Shown in pieces: positions 56,995 to 64,000 of a stretch of 64,000 nucleotides of DNA. Source of the stretch: Candidatus Aminicenantes bacterium (GTDB lineage: Bacteria > Acidobacteriota > Aminicenantia > Aminicenantales > Saccharicenantaceae). The stretch lies in contig JAPKZD010000022.1 in the NCBI GenBank assembly GCA_026393975.1, positions 44,483 through 108,482 of the forward strand. Reading direction: 5' to 3'. Below the pieces are notes generated by a model. The model was not told the origin of the DNA, searched no databases, and saw only the letters and a program-made list of their open reading frames with translations. The first letter of the stretch is position 1. Each line of letters starts with the position of its first letter. The position numbers were made by a program, and so were the translations under genes.

Positions 56995-59994
56995 ATGAAA
57001 CACCGATCGACCGGCAGAGCCTTCTTCGTTCTTTCCGCCATCGCCCTCGCGGCGTTCCAGGGGTGCGCCCGGAAGGGCCCGAGCCCGGACATCGTCATCG
57101 CCAAGGATGCTTCCTGGCACGAGCGCGTAGCGGCGGCCGAAATCCGCCGCTATTACTACCTGAGGACCGGCGTTCTCCCGGTCCTCAGGGAAGTGGGGTC
57201 GTTCTCCCGGGTCGCGTTCCCGGCCGTGGCCATACTGGAAAAAGGCGGGACATTCGCTCGGGGCCTGGAGGACGCCGGCGCCGCATCGAAAATCGCCGCC
57301 CTCGGGCCCGAGGATTACTGGCTGAAGACGATCCCGCGCCGGTCCGGGCAGATCGTCCTCGTCGCCGGCGGCAGCGGTCCGGCCGTCCTTTACGGCGCCT
57401 ACCAGCTCGCCGAGAAGCTGGGAGTCCGCTTCTTCCTCGAGGGCGACGTCGTCCCTGACGGGACCGTCAAAAACCTCAGCCTCGACCTCGACGAGACGGG
57501 CCACCCGCTCTTTGCCGTCCGCGGTATCCAGCCCTTCCACGATTTCCCCGAGGGCCCGGACTGGTGGACGCTCGAGGACTACAAGGCCATCCTGAGCCAG
57601 CTCCCGAAACTGCGGATGAACTTCTTCGGCCTCCACACTTACCCTGAGAATCCCAGCAAGGCCAAGGGCGCGACACCGAACGCCGAGCCCACGGTCTGGA
57701 TCGGCCGGGAGGGCGATTTCGGCGCGGACGGAAAAGTCCTCGCGAGCTACCCCGCGAGCTACCAGACGACCGCCCGCGGCAACTGGGGCTACGAGGCCAA
57801 GAAGACCGGCGATTTTCACTTCGGCGCGGGCCTTCTCTTCGAGCGCGACGATTTTGGCAACGACGTGATGGCCGGCTTCAGCCCCGACCCGGCCACCCCC
57901 GAAGCCTCGAACGAGGTTTTCGACCGGGCCGCGGCCGTTTTCCGGAACGCCTTCACCCTGGCCCGGCGCTTCGGCGTCAAGACCTGCGTCGGGGCGGAAA
58001 CGGCGCTGACCATCCCCGATCTGGTCAAAAAGCGACTGGCCGACTCCGGCCGGGACCCCAAGGACCCGGCCGTCGTTAAGGACCTCTACAAGGGGATGTT
58101 CAAGCGGATCGCCGCGGCCTATCCTGTCGATTATTATTGGTTTTGGACGAATGAAGGATGGACTTGGGACGACGCTTCGCCGGAGGCCATCAAGGCCGTG
58201 ACCACGGACCTGGATATGGCCATTCAGGCTTGGAAGGAAGCCGCCCCGCCCTTCAGCCTGGCGACGTGCGGCTGGGTCCTCGGTCCGCCGTCGAACCGGA
58301 CGCTCTTCGACCAGGTCCTGCCGAAGGACGTGGCCATGAGCTGCATCAATCGCGAGGTCGGCAAGGCGCCCGTGGACCCCGGGTTCTCGAGGATCTCGGG
58401 CCGGTCGCTCTGGGCTATCCCCTGGATGGAGGACGACCCCGCGCTCACCTCGCCCCAGCTCTGGGCCGGCCGGATGCGCCGGGACGCGGCCGACGCCCTG
58501 CGCTACGGCTGCGACGGACTGCTCGGCATCCACTGGCGGACACGGGTCCTCTCGGCGAACGTCCTGGCCCTGGCCCGGGCCGCCTGGGACCAGAGCTGGA
58601 ACACTCTGCCCGGACGCGTCGCCGACGACATCGGACCGATCACCGGCCAGTTCGTGGCCTTCAAGGACCGGAAGATCGCCGGCGCCGGCCCGGACAGCGA
58701 GGCCGTTTACCGGGACGTCCGCGACCGCGTCTTCGGCTATCATCTGTCCGTCCCGAACGGCACCTACTCCGTGACGCTTCAATTCGTCGAGGGCGAGATC
58801 AAGGAAAAGGGCCGCCGCGTTTTCGACGTCCTGATCCAGGGGCGCAAGGCCGCGGAGAGGGTGGACATCTTTGCCGCCGCCAGCCTGTTCAGGGCCTACG
58901 ATCTGATGTTCGAGAATATCGAGGTCGCCGACGGCCGGCTGGCCGTCGATTTCGCCGACCGCATCTATTACCCCTCGGTCGCCGCCATCGTCATCAAGGG
59001 GAAGGGCTTCGTTAAGAAGATCAATTGCGGCGGCCCGGCCGTCCTCGATTATGAAGCGGATGGACCGGAGACGGAGCGGTACCTGCCCGCGCTCGATTTT
59101 TACCAGGACTGGTGCCGCGCTCAATTCGGCGCTGAGGCAGCGGAGGAAATCGCCGCGGTTTTCTCCCGCATCGACGGCCGGCACCCCGTCCCCGTCACCT
59201 GGATCGGCGGACCCGGAAACATCCAGCCGGACCCCCGGCCGTGGGACGAGGTCAGGACGGCCTACAGATTCGTCGACGACCTGGCCGTGCCCGCGCCCAA
59301 GGTTTCCGGGATGGGGAACCGGGAGCGTTTCGACTACTGGCTTCGGAACTTCCGCTATATGCGCGAGGTCGCCCGCTTCAACTGCCTCTGGGCCGTCTAC
59401 AACAAGGCCGTAGAGAAGGCCAAGGCGGCAGCGGACGAGCCGGCGAAAAAGGCTATCCTCGAGGCTGAGGCCCTGCCGGTCCGGGCCGAAATGGCCGCGG
59501 CCCTGCGCGGAATTTTCGCCGCCCTTCTCGCCACCGTAAGCAACACGGGTGAGCTCGGGACGATCGCCAACTGGGAACAGCACCTCCTCCCTGGCGCCTG
59601 GGACCGGCCGGAGGCCGAGCTCGTGAAGATGCTGGGCGGGGAATTGCCGCCGGAAGTCCGACTGCCCCGGGAGTATGACGGACTGCCCCGGGTTATTGTC
59701 CCGGCCGTGCGTACGTCTCTCGAGGCCGGCGAAGCGCTTTCGCTCAGGGTCCTCGTCCTGGCCAAGGGCCGGCCGGAGTCCGTCGCGTTCTGCTGGCGCG
59801 AGATGGGCAAGGGGGAGTTTCGGACCGTCCCCCTGGAGAACGTCGCCCGGGGCGTCTATCGCCTGATTTTCCCCGTGCCAGAAACAGGTATCGAGTACTA
59901 TATCGAGGCCCGAGCCGACGCCCAAGCCGTTTTTTTTCCGGCTACGGCTCCGGCCCTGAACCAGACCGTCATCGTTTTTCCGGCGGCGAAATGA
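56995..59994 (+). CDS. Large lipoprotein glycoside-hydrolase-like protein with malectin domain
   Basis: Lipobox-like FQGC; GH20/67-type N-domain (LGPEDY..AGG..LYGAY); RGIQPFHDF; malectin VPNGTYSVTLQFVE..GRRVFDV. Confidence 0.75.
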   Translation: MKHRSTGRAFFVLSAIALAAFQGCARKGPSPDIVIAKDASWHERVAAAEIRRYYYLRTGVLPVLREVGSFSRVAFPAVAILEKGGTFARGLEDAGAASKIAALGPEDYWLKTIPRRSGQIVLVAGGSGPAVLYGAYQLAEKLGVRFFLEGDVVPDGTVKNLSLDLDETGHPLFAVRGIQPFHDFPEGPDWWTLEDYKAILSQLPKLRMNFFGLHTYPENPSKAKGATPNAEPTVWIGREGDFGADGKVLASYPASYQTTARGNWGYEAKKTGDFHFGAGLLFERDDFGNDVMAGFSPDPATPEASNEVFDRAAAVFRNAFTLARRFGVKTCVGAETALTIPDLVKKRLADSGRDPKDPAVVKDLYKGMFKRIAAAYPVDYYWFWTNEGWTWDDASPEAIKAVTTDLDMAIQAWKEAAPPFSLATCGWVLGPPSNRTLFDQVLPKDVAMSCINREVGKAPVDPGFSRISGRSLWAIPWMEDDPALTSPQLWAGRMRRDAADALRYGCDGLLGIHWRTRVLSANVLALARAAWDQSWNTLPGRVADDIGPITGQFVAFKDRKIAGAGPDSEAVYRDVRDRVFGYHLSVPNGTYSVTLQFVEGEIKEKGRRVFDVLIQGRKAAERVDIFAAASLFRAYDLMFENIEVADGRLAVDFADRIYYPSVAAIVIKGKGFVKKINCGGPAVLDYEADGPETERYLPALDFYQDWCRAQFGAEAAEEIAAVFSRIDGRHPVPVTWIGGPGNIQPDPRPWDEVRTAYRFVDDLAVPAPKVSGMGNRERFDYWLRNFRYMREVARFNCLWAVYNKAVEKAKAAADEPAKKAILEAEALPVRAEMAAALRGIFAALLATVSNTGELGTIANWEQHLLPGAWDRPEAELVKMLGGELPPEVRLPREYDGLPRVIVPAVRTSLEAGEALSLRVLVLAKGRPESVAFCWREMGKGEFRTVPLENVARGVYRLIFPVPETGIEYYIEARADAQAVFFPATAPALNQTVIVFPAAK

Positions 59995-60013
59995 GGAGTG
60001 TGAGGGAAAGAGC

Positions 60014-61105
60014 ATGAACGAACCCCAGGCGGCCGCGGCAACTCCGGAGACCATCCTCCTGCCGAGACGCATCCGGGCCCCCGAGGTCGCCGCCCTCCTC
60101 GACGGCATCTGCCGCTCGGCCGAGGCCGGGCCGCTGACCCTCGATTTCCGGGACGTCGAGGAATTCGACAGTTCGACCCTGGCCCTCTTGAACTACGTCC
60201 GGGGCCGACTGGCGAACGTCGTCACGGTCAACATCGGGGGCGCCCTGGCCCGAGCCGAGGAGAGCTTTGTCAGGAGGCCGCCGACCGAGGAGACCAAAGG
60301 TCCGCCCTCCGGGGGCCTGCCCAGCCGGGCGCTGACCGCCATCGCCGACCGCTTCATCTTCCAGGCGAAGAGCCTGGGGCGGTTCCTGGCCATGCTCGGC
60401 GACGAAGTCTATCACGTCGGTGTCTACCTCAAGGAGCGCAAGGGCGTCTACCCCGGAGAGACGTGGAACCAGATGTTCTTCATGGGCTACCGCTCTTTTC
60501 CCATCGTCTGCCTGCTCATCTTTCTCGTCGGGGTCACGATCTCGATCACCTCGGCCGAGCAGTTGCGGCACTTCGGTGCCGATATCTACCTCGCCGATCT
60601 CGTCGGCATCGGCATGTTGAAGGAGCTCGTGCCCCTCATGACCGGCGTCATCCTCGCGGGCAAGGTTGGCGCTGCGGTAACCGCTGAGTTGGCCAGCATG
60701 ACCGTCCTCGAGGAAGTCGACGCCCTGCGGACCATGGGCGTCGTCCCGGAGAAGTTTCTCATGGTCCCCCGCCTCCTGGCCATCACCCTGGTCGTCCCGC
60801 TCCTCGTGGCCATGGCCGACGTCGTCGGCATCTTCGGCGGCATCGTCGTTGCCCGGGTCACGTTCGGGACGCCCCCGTCGGCCTTCATCGCCGAGATGGT
60901 CACCGCCGTCGACTGGACCGACTTCGGCTGGGGGCTCATCAAGACGGTCGTCTTCGGCTGGGCGGTCGTCGTCGGGGCGGGCTTCAAGGGATTGACGGTC
61001 GGCCGGAGCGCCGAGGAGGTCGGCCGGGCCACGACGGAATCCGTGGTCCTGTCGATCACCCTGATCATTGTCATCGACTGCCTCTTTTCGTTCATCTTGT
61101 ATTGA
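60014..61105 (+). CDS. mlaE: MlaE-family ABC permease with N-terminal STAS-like domain
   Basis: ELVPLMTGVILAGKVGAAVTAELASM..EEVDALRTMG..VPR, VGRATT. Confidence 0.88.
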   Translation: MNEPQAAAATPETILLPRRIRAPEVAALLDGICRSAEAGPLTLDFRDVEEFDSSTLALLNYVRGRLANVVTVNIGGALARAEESFVRRPPTEETKGPPSGGLPSRALTAIADRFIFQAKSLGRFLAMLGDEVYHVGVYLKERKGVYPGETWNQMFFMGYRSFPIVCLLIFLVGVTISITSAEQLRHFGADIYLADLVGIGMLKELVPLMTGVILAGKVGAAVTAELASMTVLEEVDALRTMGVVPEKFLMVPRLLAITLVVPLLVAMADVVGIFGGIVVARVTFGTPPSAFIAEMVTAVDWTDFGWGLIKTVVFGWAVVVGAGFKGLTVGRSAEEVGRATTESVVLSITLIIVIDCLFSFILY

Positions 61106-61109
61106 GACC

Positions 61110-61859
61110 ATGGACATCATAAGAGCTCGCGATCTGACCGTCGGCTACGGCCGGACCGAGGTCCTCCGCGACCTGGACTTCACCGTGCCCGAAGGGCGGA
61201 TCACGGCGATCGTGGGTGTCAGCGGCTCGGGGAAATCGACCCTGCTCAAGACGCTCGCCGGCCTCCTGCCCCCGCTTTCTGGCGGCTTCGACTTCGCCGG
61301 CTCACTGGTGGATTACCGCTCCGAAGCCTCCCTCCGCTTTCTCTACGGGAAGATCGGTGTCCTCTACCAGGGCGGGGCGCTCCTCAATGGCCTCAGCCTC
61401 TTCGAGAACGTCGCTCTGCCCATCCGCATGCAGTACCCCAAGATGCCCGAGGACATGGTCTGTGACATGGTCTACGCCAGCCTGGCCCAAGTCGAACTCG
61501 CCGGGAGCGCCGAAAAGTATCCGGCCGAACTCTCCGGCGGCATGACCAAGCGGGGGGGCCTGGCCCGGGCCCTCGTCCTCGACCCGGACGTCGTCTTCTG
61601 CGACGAGCCTTCGTCGGGCCTCGACCCGATCACGTCGGCCCTCCTGGACGATCTTCTGCTCCGGCTGAAAGAGACGTTCAAGATGACCCTCGTCGTCGTC
61701 ACGCACGAGCTCCGCTCGATCGAGCGGGTGGCGGACAGTATCCTCGTCGTCAACGACGGGGGCCTCCGTTTTTCGGGGGACTACGCCGACCTGGCCGCCG
61801 CGGACGACAAATTCATCCGGACATTCTTTCTCAGGAAGGACAGCCATGATGACGCATGA
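61110..61859 (+). CDS. mlaF: MlaF-family ABC ATPase
   Basis: GVSGSGKST, LSGGM, DEPSSGLDP, VVVTH. Confidence 0.9.
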   Translation: MDIIRARDLTVGYGRTEVLRDLDFTVPEGRITAIVGVSGSGKSTLLKTLAGLLPPLSGGFDFAGSLVDYRSEASLRFLYGKIGVLYQGGALLNGLSLFENVALPIRMQYPKMPEDMVCDMVYASLAQVELAGSAEKYPAELSGGMTKRGGLARALVLDPDVVFCDEPSSGLDPITSALLDDLLLRLKETFKMTLVVVTHELRSIERVADSILVVNDGGLRFSGDYADLAAADDKFIRTFFLRKDSHDDA

Positions 61860-62793
61860 ACAAAAGATCCGCTTGGGGGTTTTCCTGTCCCTGGCCACGG
61901 TCATCTTCATCGCCGTCGCCGGTTTCTTCATCGTCCCCAAGCTCCGCGACCCCGGGGACGAGTACACCGTCAACTTCCGGGACACCTCCGTCCAGGGCCT
62001 GATCGTCGGCTCGCTCGTCAAGTATCGGGGCGTCGAGATCGGACGGGTCATCAGGATCCGCGTCAACCCGCTGAACCTCGATTCCGTCCTTGTCGACGTC
62101 AAGATCCGGCCGGGGCTGGTCATGAAAACGGACATGCGCGCCCTCCTGGTCTACGTGGGACTGACCGGACAGAAATACATCGAGCTCAGCGGGGGCACCC
62201 TTGCCGCCGAGAACCTGAAGGCCCACGGCGAGATCGAGACGGGCCGGGGCCTCGGGGAAAAGGCGGACAGTATCGTCAATAACATCGATACGACGGCCTC
62301 GCGGATCGCCGAGCTCCTCGCCCCGGAGAACATAAAGAGGTTTTCCGCCTTCCTCGAGAACGCGGAGAAGGGCTCGGCGGCCCTCTCCGGGATCCTCGAA
62401 TCCCGCCGGACGTCCCTCGAGAACACACTGGCCAATTTCGAAAAGGCGTCCCTCGAATTCGCCCGGGCGACGGAAAAGTTCGTGCCCATGACCGAGGACA
62501 TGAACCGCCTCATCCGGACGCTCGAGACGAATTCCCAGGAAACCCTCGGCAACATCTCCCGCCGCTTCTCTAGCGAGGAAATGGGCCAGGCCATCAAGGA
62601 CGTCCGGGCCTTCCTCGACACGGCCTCGGTCAGCCTGAAAAAGGTCGAGAGCGTCCTCCTCGAGCAGCAGTCGGAGCTGACGAGGACGTTCTCGAGCCTC
62701 GGCGTCGCCGTCGAAAACCTGGCCCGTTTCTCCCGAGAGATCGCCGACGAGCCGTCGGCCCTCATCCGGACACGAAAGGACAAGAAAAAATGA
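61846..62793 (+). CDS. mlaD: MCE/MlaD family protein with long helical C-terminus
   Basis: N-terminal TM; VQGL.VGS.VKYRGVEIG; GLTGQKYIEL. Confidence 0.88.
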   Translation: MMTHEQKIRLGVFLSLATVIFIAVAGFFIVPKLRDPGDEYTVNFRDTSVQGLIVGSLVKYRGVEIGRVIRIRVNPLNLDSVLVDVKIRPGLVMKTDMRALLVYVGLTGQKYIELSGGTLAAENLKAHGEIETGRGLGEKADSIVNNIDTTASRIAELLAPENIKRFSAFLENAEKGSAALSGILESRRTSLENTLANFEKASLEFARATEKFVPMTEDMNRLIRTLETNSQETLGNISRRFSSEEMGQAIKDVRAFLDTASVSLKKVESVLLEQQSELTRTFSSLGVAVENLARFSREIADEPSALIRTRKDKKK

Positions 62794-63407
62794 GGAAAGC
62801 CGCGCGTTGTGCTCTTCTCGTCCTCCTTCTCACCGGCTGTTTTTCCGCCCCGACCAAACGGTACTTCCAGATCGTCGTCACGGACACGAACGCCCAGCCC
62901 CACCCCAAGATCGACAAGGTTCTCTACATCGAGCCGGTCCGCGTCGACCCCCTCTACGACGATTTCCGGGTCATCTACCGCGTCTCTCTGTTCGAGCTCA
63001 AATATTACTCCTACGTGTTCTGGGCGACGAAGCCGGACGCCCTCTTCCGCGAGGCGATCGGCGATTACCTCATCGAGAAAGAGGGCTTCTCCCTGGTGAC
63101 GCTCGACGTCCTCCAGGGCAACCCGGAGATCGTCCTGCGCTCGAACGTCCGCCTCGTCGAGGAGATCGACAACCCCAAAGCCTGGTTTGGCCGGCTGGCC
63201 ATGGACCTTGAGTTCCTGGAGTTCAAATCCGGCCGGAGCCTTCTCAAGCACTCGTTCGACAGAAAGCTGCCGCTCCAGGTCCGCAAGGTCCAGCAGCTTC
63301 CAGCCGTCCTTTCGAATATCCTCATGGGAGAGCTGGACATTGCCGTCCGGAAGCTGGCCGGCGCGCTGGAAGTGAAGGAGCCCGCCCATGCCGACCATCG
63401 TGATTGA
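62790..63407 (+). CDS. PqiC-like ABC auxiliary lipoprotein
   Basis: Lipobox LTGC; YY..WA..P; follows MCE gene. Confidence 0.8.
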   Translation: MRKAARCALLVLLLTGCFSAPTKRYFQIVVTDTNAQPHPKIDKVLYIEPVRVDPLYDDFRVIYRVSLFELKYYSYVFWATKPDALFREAIGDYLIEKEGFSLVTLDVLQGNPEIVLRSNVRLVEEIDNPKAWFGRLAMDLEFLEFKSGRSLLKHSFDRKLPLQVRKVQQLPAVLSNILMGELDIAVRKLAGALEVKEPAHADHRD

Positions 63408-63579
63408 GGGACCGCCCCTCGGCGACATCGAGAAAAAACGGAGGCTCGTGGCCGAAGTGTCTGCCGCCGCGTCGACGGCCTTTGGAATTCCGGTGGCGGC
63501 GATGGTCGTGATCATCAAGGATAATCCGCCGGAGAATGTCGGGGTCGGGGGCCGGCTGCTCAGCGACCGGAAAGAATAG
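63388..63579 (+). CDS. 4-oxalocrotonate tautomerase family (DmpI-like)
   Basis: N-terminal catalytic Pro (MPTIVIEG), ENVGVGG. Confidence 0.88.
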   Translation: MPTIVIEGPPLGDIEKKRRLVAEVSAAASTAFGIPVAAMVVIIKDNPPENVGVGGRLLSDRKE

Positions 63580-63595
63580 CCGCCCGTCGGGGGGT

Positions 63596-64000
63596 TCAGG
63601 CGGTTTTCAGCCAGTGACGCTCGATCTCCTCGAGCGATTTTCCCTTCGTTTCGGGCAGGAAATGCCATATGAACACGAGGTCGCAGGCGCACATCGCCGC
63701 GTAAAGCCAAAACGCCGTCGACGGGTGGAACTTATCCGAGATTACCGGGAACGTTAGGGTCACGGCGAAATCGGCCAGCCAGAGGACGAGGGTTGCCAGG
63801 CCCATGGCGCTGCCTCGGACCTTGATGGGGAAGATCTCGGCCATGACGACCCAGACGAGCGGCCCCATGGCCGAGGCGAAGAAGGCGATGTAGAGGAGGA
63901 TGATGAGGAGCAGGGCCGAGGCCGGCAGGACCGGGAACCTGAACGCGGCCCCGAGCAGGACGAGGGAGACGCCCATGCCGCCGGTGGCGATGAGCAGAAG
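63596..64000 (-). CDS. Sugar porter family MFS transporter, 5' part outside window
   Basis: GPLVWVVMAEIFP..VRG, PETKGKSLEEIE. Confidence 0.93.
   Translation of the reverse strand, partial: LLLIATGGMGVSLVLLGAAFRFPVLPASALLLIILLYIAFFASAMGPLVWVVMAEIFPIKVRGSAMGLATLVLWLADFAVTLTFPVISDKFHPSTAFWLYAAMCACDLVFIWHFLPETKGKSLEEIERHWLKTA

Noticed and set aside
60014-63579. Mla/Pqi ABC operon with tautomerase as a novel system
   Set aside because: MlaE-F-D-PqiC is a common arrangement; the tautomerase is probably an incidental neighbour.
1-64000. CRISPR array, prophage, transposase, rRNA/tRNA or known defence genes
   Set aside because: No regularly spaced repeats or recognisable hallmark motifs were found by eye.

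Overview
GC-rich (~65%) bacterial chromosomal segment. Gene content and style suggest an anaerobic diderm such as Ca. Aminicenantes/Acidobacteriota (inference only). In order, it contains: trmD(partial)-rplS-rnhB-TPR; an ECF sigma/anti-sigma/mini-secretin cluster; a serine palmitoyltransferase-like gene; FadL; five Gfo/Idh/MocA paralogues (four Tat-exported) with DUF1080, ThuA, HEAT and sugar-isomerase TIM-barrel partners, typical of 3-keto-glycoside (non-hydrolytic) sugar catabolism; gdh with a PEP-synthase-like protein; a frameshifted apbE with discoidin and TIGR03663 genes; glycoside hydrolases; iadA-nhaC; a POT transporter; and an Mla/Pqi ABC system. Best candidates for undescribed systems: (1) a self-contained cyclic-nucleotide cassette (SH3, M48 lipoprotein, CHASE2 adenylate cyclase, MBL hydrolase, cNMP-domain MscS channel); (2) an operon coupling a Tat-exported Gfo/Idh/MocA enzyme to a 7-heme cytochrome c and a cytochrome-b-like membrane protein; (3) multi-hairpin palindromic elements, one apparently inserted in frame into the ECF sigma gene and one intergenic at 50.2 kb. 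No rRNA, tRNA, CRISPR array or transposase was seen. All family calls come from motif recognition, not database searches.
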